A stretch of 64,000 nt of DNA from Callorhinchus milii (taxonomy: Eukaryota): assembly GCF_018977255.1 (NCBI RefSeq), contig NW_024704742.1, forward strand, positions 68,264,001-68,328,000. Direction: 5' to 3'. The notes beneath the pieces were generated by a model, which did no database searches, was not told the origin of the DNA, and was given only the letters and a program-made list of their open reading frames with translations. A program made the position numbers and the translations under genes. Each line of letters begins with the position of its first letter. Within the stretch, counting starts at the first letter, position 1. Below are positions 1 through 12,030 of this stretch, in pieces.

Positions 1-909
1 CACTCTGTTCATGTTGTTGTAAAAACTGAGGCATGAGCAGAGCAGGACATCTCTCTCTCTCCCCAAAACTGTTAACCCTCTGTCACGTTTGACCTTCGGT
101 ATCCCTTTTGACGGGATGTTTAAGCTGAGCTCTGAAATGCTGTTATTCAGACCTGACATCACCATGTGTAAAGGGAAGGGAGTTTCTCCCTGTGTCTTGG
201 CAACAATCCTCCACATAAAATTGATCACTCATTCTATGGCAGATGGGGGGGACCTTGCTGTGCCCAATTTGGCTACTGTGATCGCCTACAAATAGACATT
301 CACTGCACTTGACCGCAACCATCTGTGAACATGATAGACTCTATGTCAAATGCAAGTATCATTACTGCATTCTTATTATATTTGAGCTTACTGTTATTAC
401 TTTATATATTTATAATATAATAATAATATAATATTCCCACCCTTTGAAACTCTATCCTCCCTCACTTCGTTCAACGTCCAAATCAATACCTTCCTCGTTG
501 AGTCATCATTCCCCTCTCCCCAGCTCCTACCCCCAGCTTGGGTGTCAAGCCAGGACTGTCAAGCACCTTGGCATGTCCTCCTGACGGGAAAGGCACTGAA
601 TAAATGTAAATTATATTATGTTGTATTGTATGCAGCTGTCACTTGTATCCCTGTGTCTGCGATTGTCAGTTCAGAAGAATAATAATGATAATAATCCTTG
701 CATTTGATGTAGTGCCTCATCACATCGTTGAGACGTCTCAAAGTGCTTCACAGGATATACTGCAAAGTGGATTGACGGTATATTTATGGGCGAAAAGCAG
801 CATCCAGGATGCACAGAGCAATGTTCCACAAACAGTCGTGGAGTGAATGACCAATTTTATTTGGGGGATTTGTTGGCCAGGACATCAGGAGAAACTCCCT
901 TCTGTTTTA

Positions 910-1280
910 AAATACTGCTATGGCTTTGCTCCTCCCTACCTCTGTGACCTGCTAATTCGATACCTATCCGTTCCCTCCTCTCGGTGGACTCAGGTCTGCT
1001 CCATGTTCCCCGCCTGGCCCACCCCACCCCACCATTGGCAGTTGGGCCTTCAGCCTTTCTGCCCCCAACCTTTGAAACTCCATCCCACAGTCCCTTTGCC
1101 TTGTCTCCTCCCTTGCCTCCTTCAAGACCTTCCTCTTTGCCTGCGCCTTCGGTCACCCTCCTTCCCCCACCCTCCCTGACGCACCCCTCCTGATCCCAAC
1201 CCCTAGATCGGGTGCAAATCCTTGACTGTCAAGCGTCTTGAGGTGTCCTCCCTACTTGAAAGGTGCTATAAAATATAATT
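910..1280 (+). mobile_element. L2 LINE 3' fragment
   Basis: Degenerate '(HG)FAPPYLCDLL' ORF2 end, C-rich 3' UTR and 'aaggtgctataaaat' tail shared with the other L2 copies here. Confidence 0.7.
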
Positions 1281-1632
1281 TGTGTGAATTGAGTGAAGTC
1301 AATTACTCAATTGACGATTCATGACAGAAACTAGTTATTACAACGTATTCTTATTGTACTGTAGTTATTAATACTTAACACAGGTAGCATTGGTTCGGAT
1401 ACGATGATCTTGAATGTGCTAAGAGCGAGCGCTTTTAGGTGTTCTTCCGATATGTGCTTCCATCCATTTTCGGATCTTTAACCGGAACTGGAAGAAGGGG
1501 CCTTGGTTTAACATCTTATCCTGAGGGACAGCGTCTCCGACAATACATTTGATGTAGGCAGGAGAACATATAAAATTGGTCACAGGATTTGGTGTGAGGT
1601 GCAGTGACTGTGGACCAATGTCAAGGAAATAA

Positions 1633-2424
<792 letters not shown>

Positions 2425-2466
2425 AATATGCTCTCAAAACGACCGTAACACTTTGCACTTAACGTA

Positions 2467-2818
2467 CGGTATATTCACAAAGTCCTGTTACCCCCATGTT
2501 TTTTTTTCTCTCTCTCACTCTACATTGCACTGACCCACATCTAAAACATGTGGAAGAATGATGATAATTGTATTTAGAAGCACTTCATTGTATTCAGTAC
2601 AAGTGTTTAACTGTATTTAGACGTCCAGAGGATGAGCCCCATCAGTTTCATGGCCGATAATGATCCATCACCATGTTCAATGCAAAATCTTCTGTAACAT
2701 GATGGAGTGAGGAGGAGAAATGCATCTCTGACAGCTTGTTTCAGTTCCTTCATAGTCTCATATCATTGTTTTGCAACGAGTGAGGGCTGGGGGATAAGAG
2801 GACTTTGTAGACACCCTG
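2467..2818. mobile_element. Tc1/mariner-superfamily-like MITE, copy 1 (left TIR decayed)
   Basis: Alignable over its length to 7642-7982. TA at 2465-2466, left end cggtatattcacaaagt, right end actttgtagacaccctg. Confidence 0.7.
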
Positions 2819-3399
2819 AACAAGTGGGCCCATTTACACAAAGGAGTCTGGGTGGGATTGGGGGTGGGGGGGAGAATATTGTACGCTGATCGTTAAATGT
2901 GCCCTTGTTCTGTTGTGACCTTCTAGTCGGAAGTTGCTGTCAGTGGCGATCAGCTTCTGATTGATCCTGGCGTAGCCTCATGTAGTTGGTTCAAGTGAAA
3001 TATTTAATTGGCTCAAATCCTTATTGAAATTGACCTGTTTCTGTTCGACACCTTTTGTTTCTGATGGAAGGGTGGTGGTGAAGGGTGGAGGCATTGGGGG
3101 AGGGGGAAAAATACTATGGGGACGCGGTGAAATTTGCGGCAACTCGTAACGTGTTCCTCATGATCATCAACAATAGTTATCAAAGGCTCTTTACATCAAA
3201 TCTGTCATGAAAAATTGCGTTCATGCTGTTAATTTTCTAGCTGGATGAGGCAGTAAATCCTCTCCCTCCCTCTTTCCGTACCCACATTTTCATGCTGCCA
3301 GTTATGGTTCCTGTTTTCAGTGCAGTCTCGTGAGATTCTGGCTGAACTTACTCTCTGTTCAGTCAATGTTCAGAGCACTGCTGTCGACATCCAGCCAAC

Positions 3400-3680
3400 C
3401 TGGATCATTGACAGGACTTGTGGAACCAAGACAATGGAACAAGAGGACATGGGTTTAGAGTCGCAAAGGGGCAATTTCAGGACAGACACCAGGAAGTAAT
3501 AACCCAGAGAGTAATGAACAACTGGGTCAGGTTTGCAAGGAAAGCTAGTTGAGGCCAGGACGCTGCGATTCATCTTAAAAAAACCTTGATGCTGTGATTA
3601 GGGGATGGTAAGCAGGTGTTCTGGAGAAATAAGATCAGATGAGCTGAAGGGCCTTCTTCATCTGAACCGATCGTGTGATC
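3400..3680 (+). mobile_element. CR1 LINE 3' fragment
   Basis: 'acaagaggacatgggtttagagtcgcaaagggg...ttcaggacagacaccaggaag' resembles the CR1 ORF2 C-terminus (TRGH..F) and 3' UTR; similar to 47280-47975. Confidence 0.55.
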
Positions 3681-4312
3681 TAGTTAGATATGAGTCTCGT
3701 CCCAGTGTTTGAGAGAGTCCCAAAGGCACTAGTTTCCGTGCCCTGGCCATTCACCTATTACTCTGTGGGACGTCACTGGTACAGATTAGGATTAGTTGTC
3801 ACGTTATCCTATGTATTAATAAGTCACCACACTTCAAAGTGACTCATAGTGTGAAACATTTCAAGCGATGGCGCAAATGTTATTAGTGTAACAGAGAAGG
3901 AAACACCAAGAGCAGTTACTCTTGTGACGAGCCTCATTCCTGCTGTTTTCCCACCCAAAAGGAAAGAATTTTTTTTTAGTTGGTCTGTAATGTCTCAATG
4001 TTTCCGATGATTCTATCACTGTGATTCCTCACAGCACTGCTGCTGATTCGCTATTAACTGTTGTACAATCCATTTCGCAGAAGAGTTAATCCATTCGTTA
4101 GTCACTGGTAGATGTTGGGTGGAGGCTGCGTTGTTAGTTACATGTAAATTGTCGTGTGTGTGCGCCCCACAATGTATGTGAAGGTAGATGTAAATCACTC
4201 TGAAGCTACATTGCTAAGGATATTCTCTAGAAGTAGACAATACGTTTGCTGTGTATCTTCTCACTGTGGTGAGAGTCACAGATGTCCATAACAAATGGTG
4301 CGAAACCTTTGT

Positions 4313-4660
4313 GAAATCCTGTGGTTAGCATGCTCGCCTCGCAAGCGAGAGTACCCGGGTTCGATTCCCGGGCAGGGCGGAACCTTAGGCGAGTTTCCTT
4401 ACTCCACACGCCTCTGTTTACCCAGCAGTAAGTAGGAACCCGGCTGTTAGTCGATTGGTGGATCGCTTTCCGGGGATGATAATCCAGCTTCCCCGCCCCC
4501 CCCACCCAAAATACTAATTTAGTCACTCAATCCACGACTGTTTGTGAGACACTGCTGGATGCAATTGTCTCAAAGCGCTACAGAATATATTGTAAAGTGG
4601 ATTGACTCTGCTGTCTCAGTGACGTGATAAGGCTTTATATCAAATGCAATCATCATTATG
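4313..4660 (+). mobile_element. tRNA-headed SINE family B (Val/Ala-like head, Meta-like middle, Deu/L2-type 3' half)
   Basis: Anticodon-arm-like CTCGC-CTCGCAA-GCGAG, T-arm CCGGG-TTCGATT-CCCGG, middle gcctctgtttacccagcagtaagtaggaacc, tail tatatcaaatgcaa. Other copies: 6894-7257(+), ~14595-14855(+), ~31200-31410(-), ~37530-37868(-), ~55020-55276(-), 62163-62530(+). Confidence 0.8.
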
Positions 4661-5540
4661 GTAACAGCATAATAACATGATAGCCTGAATCTGTGCCCAG
4701 GTGGAATTTCTAAACTTTAATGCAGTAACAAGTTGTGAGGCAATGGCCCACACAATAAAAGAGGAAATAAATGAATGTTCTTACTATATGGCAAACACAT
4801 TTCTGTTTTGCTCTTGGTGCTATCTATATATAATATGTATGCTGAATTCTATTTAGCACTTTAATTCATACCAAAGTTTATTTAGTAAAGTCTCTCGGGA
4901 AGTTAAGTGTTTACAGTTCCTCAGCCTTGGTCATTGATGGCCTCTGCCAAAGTCATGTTAGTGACCCAGAGGTCAAAGGGCCTTGTGAGCTGACCAATGC
5001 TCCATAATGCACTCTTCCAGAGCTGGCACACTGTAGGACACTGTAGGACACTTTGCTTTGGTCGAGAGAGATATTTGGATATTCATGGCAATGCCAAAAC
5101 TGGCTTCAGCTATGCCATTGAGAAGGAGCAGGGAAGCGTGGGTGTGGTAGTGGAAGAGATGGATGAGATTGGAAGGGCCAAAAGGTTTTCTTCACCCAAA
5201 CTAATCTAGTGATTATTACAGACAAGCTAGAGGAGAAATAACGGGGTGAAAAATGCCACAATCAATGTCGTAATTATCACTATTGGCAATATCGATCATA
5301 TCACAAACTTTTTGCTCTTGGAGGTGTTGCTGTCAATGACTGGCACTTAAATATATATATTTACACACACACATATATATAATATGGTGAACTATTTCTC
5401 CCTCTCCTAACTTCTTATAAATAATTATAATATTAATAATCCTTGCATTTAATTGGGTGCAAAACATCTGTGTCAGCTGTCATCAGGTTTGAACCTCCCG
5501 CTCACAGATCTCTGCATTTCACGGCTGATTCAGATCATAC

Positions 5541-5905
5541 CGGCCTGGCTCAGTTGGTTGCACTGTTGCCTCTGGGTCAAAAAGGTGTATGTGTGTGTGT
5601 TCAAGCCCCACACCAGGAACTTTCAGTTCAGTACGTCCCAGTGCATTGCTGGAGGTGCAATCCTTTGGATGAAACATTAAATCAAGTCTGTCTGTTCAGG
5701 TGGATGCTAAAGATCTCATGAAACTATTCGTACAGAGAAGGGAGTTTTCCCCCAGTGTTTCGGCCAATAATCCTCCAAATAAATTGGCCACCTCTTGGCT
5801 GCTGTAGGAGCTTGTTAATACATAAATTGACACCGTGAAGCACTGTAAGACATTTCTACATTATAGGGTTTATATCAAATGCAAGGATTATTATATTACT
5901 ATTAT
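5541..5905 (+). mobile_element. tRNA-headed Deu-type SINE family A
   Basis: A-box ggctcagttgg, B-box gttcaagccc, body ggatgaaacattaaa...aaagatctcatg...gggagttttcccc, L2-like tail tatatcaaatgcaagg(att)n. Many copies across the window. Confidence 0.8.
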
Positions 5906-6893
5906 AATGACTTTAATGATTGTCTGGGACACTCCTCGACTCCACCATCGACAGAGTGCTTTCAACCCTCTACCCCAAACATCTAGAACTGCTTGCCTCA
6001 ACCCCTCCGCGTTGCCCCCTCTTTGCCTGTCTTCAGATCGCACCTGAAAACGTTCCTCTTCAACAATGTCTACAGTCAGCTTTCCTCTCTCACCGGCTCA
6101 GCTTCAAAACTATGTCATTATTAAGCACTGCAAGATACTAGCCCACGGGAAGGGTGCTATACGAATGCAACTTGTTGTTGGGACATCGACGGGAGCAGAA
6201 AGTCCCAGAAATGATAATTATCACAGGTTTTATGGCATTGAATGCGGGATTAGATTAAATCACCCCAACAACATAGAGCAATAAACATACTATAAGCACG
6301 GCAAAAGGTATGAATGCAGAGGCGATGTCTACTTCTACATTAAATCCTCCATGTAAGTTTCACAAAGGTGTTGTGTAGCTGTTACAATTGTGTCCAGAAT
6401 TGACCGCTGTTATTTTAGTGTCAGGATTGTAGGATGTGTGTTTAGAGATTGCTGCATGAGGGTCAAGTCAGGTTATAGAGGAAGAATTCTGGCAGGAGCT
6501 TCCCAGTCCACATCCTGCCAGTGAGGACATTAAATTGATTGAATCCGATCCAGGGGTGAAGGGAGGGGGGTGGGGAAGGAAGAGGTAAAGGGGATGGAAA
6601 ATGGAAATAAATTTGCTCGTCGACTCCAAATTCACAGCCATTAGTTAAATTCTTCCATTATTATTTAGTGACCAATTTGTATGTGCTGCGGGTTTTCTAA
6701 CAAAAGGAGTGTTTGGAGCATTGTGTGACAATGTGTTAGATGGCAGAAATCATGGCCGTGGGTTTACAAGTCAGTGGCCACGGTGGCACTGTGCACTGGA
6801 GCTCCACCATGTTGGACAACACAACATGAGAACACTGGTTTCCAGCTGGGCCTTTGGATGGTTGAGATACTGAGGTTGGTTGTCCTGGGGATG

Positions 6894-7257
6894 GGAGTCC
6901 TGTAGCTTAGTGGTTAGAGCATACCTCGCAAGCGAGATGACCTGCGTTCGATTCCCAGACAGGGCGAAATCTTAGGCAAGTTTCCTTCCACACGTCTCGG
7001 TTTACTTAGCAGTAAGTAGGAACCCAGTTGTTAGTCGATTGGTGGATCACTTTTCCTGGGGTAATAATTTCTTCAAAAGAAAAAAATGTGGTCACTCAAT
7101 CCATGACTTTTTGTGGGACACTGCTGTGCGCAATTGGCTGCCATGTTTAGCCCACAAAAATACACAATCAATCCACTTTACAGTATATTCTGTGAAGCGC
7201 TTTGAGACGTCTCAACAACATGATAAGATGCTATATCAAATGCAATTGTTATTATGA
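6894..7257 (+). mobile_element. SINE family B, near full length
   Basis: gagtcctgtagcttagtggttagagc head, Meta-like middle, shared tail. Confidence 0.8.
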
Positions 7258-7641
7258 TTGAGTTGTTGAGTTAATATCAATGGATGAATTGGAAGTGCCC
7301 AGCTATTGGAGACTGGGCACTTTGCCACCAGTGCTGAGCAGGGCCAGAGATGCCATGTGGAGCAGGGAAACCACAAGGGAGGAATTAAATGATAAAAATG
7401 ATATGATGTACATCTCCATACATTGCCAATAGACCGGACAGCTCGTGTGGTTAAGCACTGAACTTTCTTCTCGAAACTTCTAGGCCGACAGCCAGCCAGT
7501 TCTCATTCTGCTCAAAAGCTTCCCACAAGATCACTCATGGAAACTGTGACAATGTGACAGACTGTAGCCCCCAACCATCCCGTCTGGGTGGCACTGAAGC
7601 AAAACTGATGGGGGTTAGGGGTGGGAGGAGAATAGAGTCTA

Positions 7642-7982
7642 CAGGGTGTCCACAAAGTTATGTTACCCCCATTTTTTATCTCCAGTGCCCTGACCATCCT
7701 GAAACATGTGGAAGAATGACGATAATTGTATTTAGAAGCACTTCATTGTATTCAGTACAAGTGTTTAACTGTATTTAGATGTCCAGAGGATGGGTGTGTG
7801 TGACTGCCATCATTTTCATGGCAGATAATGATCCGTCGCCATGTTCAGTGCAACATCTTCTGTAACATGATGGAGTGAGGAGGAGAAATGGAGAAATGTT
7901 TCTCTGACACTTGTGTCAGCTCCTCCATAGTCACATATCACTGTTTTGTAATAGTGGAGAAGAGGACTTTGTGGACACCCTG
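7642..7982. mobile_element. Tc1/mariner-superfamily-like MITE, copy 2 (341 bp, intact ends)
   Basis: Perfect 17-bp TIR CAGGGTGTCCACAAAGT (7642-7658) / ACTTTGTGGACACCCTG (7966-7982), flanked by TA at 7640-7641 and 7983-7984; no ORF. Confidence 0.85.
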
Positions 7983-8436
7983 TAGTTTGTGGTATTCCTT
8001 AATAGGAATAGGATCCCTCAATAGGAAATGCCATCAGAATTCCTGTCGCTATGGGATTACATTGAGTTGGAATGGTGTTCTCTTGGGATCAGCGTGACTT
8101 ATTCCCAGTTTCCAGGAGATCCCTTGCCCCTCCCCCCCCACCCCCCTATTTTTCGGATTTGGATTTCTTTTTAAGAAATCCTGTTTAGAAATAGTGCAAA
8201 TTAGACCCCCGCAATGTTTCAATTTGATCTAAGTGGTAGTGAGCCCTCCTGAGTCTCTCACGTAGTTGTGCACCAGTTTGACAGCCTTTTGTGAATATTT
8301 TGTCCATAGGTCACAATCAAATAACCTTATTCTAATTTTGAAATGTTGACATATCTGTATTATATTTGAGATTAAAGTTTGATTTCTTTTGTATCATAAA
8401 ATACATTTGTACATTGTTCATGAATTAAATTATACA

Positions 8437-8447
8437 AATAAAATAAA
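8437..8447 (+). terminator. Candidate distal polyadenylation signal of LZTS3
   Basis: Two overlapping AATAAA, upstream TGTA motifs and AT-rich sequence, downstream T/GT-rich sequence. Assignment to LZTS3 is inferred. Confidence 0.45.
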
Positions 8448-9644
8448 TGTGATCACACTATTGTTTCCCTTGATGTCTTGATGAGCTGTGCTCTTTCTTT
8501 TAAGGAGACTTGGTGTGTGGTACAGTATTCTACTTTCTTATTTGTGTGACAGCCTGCCTCAGTTGGGAGCACTCTCACCTCTGAGTCAGAAAGTTGTGGG
8601 TACAAGCCCCACGTTGGGAGTTTGAATTCTTATAGTCTAGGCTGACTTCCCAGTGCAGTGCTGGGGGTGAATTGCGTGGTTGGAGGTGCTGGCCTTCGGA
8701 TGAGACGTTAAACCTCAGAATCCGAGGGCAGCAGATGATATCAACAAGATCATCAGCGTGTAAATGAGAAAAAGAGGGTTGAGGATAGAGCCTTGAGGTA
8801 CATTGCAGGTGACCGTGTGGGGCGGAGGAGAAACCGTTGGTGGAGATGCAAATTATGTTGCCCACAAAACAGCGCTCTTTATTACTAACCTCTGTTTTCC
8901 CTGAGATAATGGTGGACCCGTGTCCTCCAATTTGGTCACTCAATCCAACTCGCTGAGATGCTATACAATAATAATCCTTGCATTTGATTCAGTGCCTTAT
9001 CACATCTTCAAGGCATCTCAAAGTGCTTCACAGGGTACACTATAAAGTGTAGTGACTGTTTTGTGGGCAAAACCACAATAATTGCAGAAACCACGCAAAC
9101 CATATAAATGCAACTTGTTTTTGTTGTTGACGATTTGTGGGGCACTGCTGTGTGCAATTGGCTACCGTGTTTCGACCACAAACTATAGGGTCAATCCAGT
9201 TTACAATAAATTCTGTGAAGCGCTTTGAGATGTTTCAATAACGTGATAAGGTGCTATATCAAATGTAAGTATTATTATTTTGTTATATATAGGGTCCTCG
9301 ATTCCATAGTGGTTTCTTACAAATCAGCACCTTGCTCTCTTGCTGTCATTAAGAAGTAACCGCACCGTGTGGGAGTCAAGTGGAGACCAGCCCGGGAACG
9401 TGTGACAGATATTCCTTCTCTGAATGACATTGGTGATCTAGCAGTTTTGCAGTGAGCTCAAATTACAAACTATTTTCAATTCAAATCACACAGCTGCCAA
9501 AGCAGGATTTGAACCCGGGAGCTTCAGGCTCACCGAGTAACTTGACAGCAATTACTTGTAAAACACTGAGACATTTCACGGTGATAAGGAAGCGCTGTAA
9601 AAATGCCACAACTTTATTATGCAGCCATTTTTTTTGTCTATTAT

Positions 9645-10278
9645 AATAATTCTTGCATTTGATATGGCACCTTGTCACGTTGTCGAGAGGACATCTCAAG
9701 GACATCACAGAATTTAGTGTAAAGTACAGCGAATGTGTATTTTGTAGGTGAATGCGACAACCAATTTGCACACAGCAATGTCCCATGATGATATGAATGA
9801 CAATTTTATCTGAGGATTGTTGGCCCAGGAGAGAAACTCCTTTCACGTTTCAAGTTGCGCCGTGGGATCTTTACCCTCCACTTGAACAGGCAGACGAGAT
9901 CTCGGTTTAATGTCTCATCCAAAGGACGACATCTATGACAATGCAGCACTCCCCAGCACTGCACTGGAGCATCAACAACAACAACAACAACATCAAGATT
10001 ACATTTGTACAGCGACTTTCACGTCGGGAAGACGGCCCAAGGCGCTGGACAGGGTACAGCATTTCAGACCCGAGCTGGGGTCAGGGGTGGAGAAGGGAGG
10101 GGAGGGGAAGGCGGGAGGCCGATGGCATGGTCGAAGAGGAGGGTTTTGAGGCGGGACTTAAAGGAGGCTAAGGAGGGGGTGAGGTGGAATGATTGAGTGT
10201 AGACTATGAGCTCTAAGTCCTGTGGCTTGAACCCCAAACCACCTGATTCAGAGGTATGAGTGCTACCAACTGAGCCTC
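9645..10278 (-). mobile_element. SINE family A interrupted by an L2 3' tail (~9975-10190)
   Basis: The SINE body stops at ...gcactggag, followed by (caa)n and an L2 tail; the SINE head then resumes (ttgaacccc...tgctaccaactgagcc). Confidence 0.7.
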
Positions 10279-11229
10279 TATTACTACCCAGTTTTCTTTT
10301 TTATTTCTTTTTGTTTCAGCCAAGTATCAACACGTGCAGAAACCTATTAAGAATATCCAAACTAAATCAAGAATTCCATGCATCCCACCTACAAAATATT
10401 TCGCTTCACTCATGAATTACACAGTCAATTCACTTTACGGTATATTCTGTGAAGCACTTTGAGACGTCTTGAAGACGTGATAAGGTGCTACATCAAATGC
10501 AAGGATTATTGTTATTATATTATACATGGAAATTCCAGAGATATTTATTGGAATGGATTGCACACTCTCTCCCTGGAGGGACGCTTACTGATTACCTAAT
10601 TCCAGAAAGTATTAGGTGCAGGTTGGCAAGGACTTAGGCTTAGGTACTACTGGAGTCATTGGTCATTGAGAGCACTACTAGGACCCCACTACCTGTTAGG
10701 GCTTTGGCTTGTAGCGATTCCTTTAAGCAAAAGCTTTTTTGTTTTTTAAAAAATGATAGATATTTTACAACCAACTTTGTCAGTCTTCTTTCACAGGCAC
10801 TTTTTGGCAAGGTAGAAACAACAGCAACATCCACTTATTCTACCTTTCTTGTCCTTTGGATGAGATGTTAAACTAAGGCCCTGTCTGGACGTCAAAGATG
10901 CAATCGCACTATTCAAAAGGAGGACCGTACCTCCGACAATGCATCACTCCCCGAGCACTCCCCTGGAGTGTCAGCCTGAACTCTGAGTCTCAACTCCCTC
11001 AAGTGGAACACGTGTGTGCTCACGACCCAGACACATTCACACATACATATATTTGAAAATACATCTTTGTCATTCTTTTCTACGGGTCCAGAGGCAACTT
11101 ACAGGCATATTAATATCTTATCATTTATACAAGTTAAAAAGCAATTGAAATAGATGAGGAACCAAGAAGAGAACTGTATTCAATTTAACAAGGAAATGAA
11201 TTATAACGCCCTGCACCCCTCCCCCCCCC

Positions 11230-11590
11230 CACACACAACAACTTGCATTTATACAGCGCCCCTCACGTAGGGCAGGGTCCCAAACCGCTTGACAGTGGCA
11301 GAGCACAGTGACAAGCTGGGGGGAGGGGGGGAAGTGACCATAGGCACGATCGAAGCATGACCTGAAGATGGGAAAGGAGCGGGCAAGGCAGAGGGATAGA
11401 GGAACAGTGTTCCAGAGTTTTAGGGCGTAGTGGCTAAATACACAGCCACTGATGGTGGAATGGAGCCCACGAGAAACAAACAGGAGGCCAGAGCCCGTTG
11501 AGCGGAGGAAGTGGGTAGTGGATTGGGGAGTAAGCAGGTTATAGAGGTGCCAGGCCATGAAGGGATTTGAAGACACACAAATCTGCCCTC
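11230..11590 (-). mobile_element. L2 LINE 3' fragment
   Basis: aacaacttgcatttatacagcgccc tail in reverse; remnant LRSTGSGLL...FSHYALKLWNTVP. Confidence 0.75.
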
Positions 11591-11796
11591 CAAGAGGCAG
11601 ATTGCCACTGCAGGATTTCACTCAAAATCACTTTCCTCTTCTACAGCACTCCAATAGATTTCTGACATTAAAATCAAGTTTAAATTTGGCACCGTATCAA
11701 AATGTACCTCTTTGACCACCTCCAGTCATCTTACCCCCCACCCACACACATCCCTCTCAGCTTCAACCCCCACCCTCAAGTGCCAAGCCAGTATTG

Positions 11797-12030
11797 TTTT
11801 GGTCAGCCGGGTGTCTGACACATGTGGAAACCCATCCCCAGGCTTAAGAGTATCCAAACCAAACTGAGGTTTCCATGCATCCGACCCACACATGGAAGTC
11901 CCAGAGATAGATTGTTGGAATGGAATGTGCGCTCTCTCCCTGGAGGGACACATCTCGCTTACCTTGGCAAGAGCCATCTTGGTGACCCCAGAGTGTGTAT
12001 TGGGGTAACTGCTGGAGTAGTTGACCAAAA
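11797..12030 (-). mobile_element. Unidentified poly(A)-tailed interspersed repeat (family C)
   Basis: T-run then ggtcagccgggtgtctgac...gaaacccatc...cccagagatagattgttggaatggaatgtgcgctctctccctggagggacacatc; about 8 copies in the window. Confidence 0.7.

Noticed and set aside
4313..4385. tRNA gene with anticodon CGC
   Set aside because: D-arm region is deleted, and the sequence continues into a SINE body shared by many copies
2467..7982. Segmental duplication or microRNA precursor in the LZTS3 3' UTR
   Set aside because: TIRs and TA duplication identify the two segments as MITE copies; no long miRNA-like hairpin in the core
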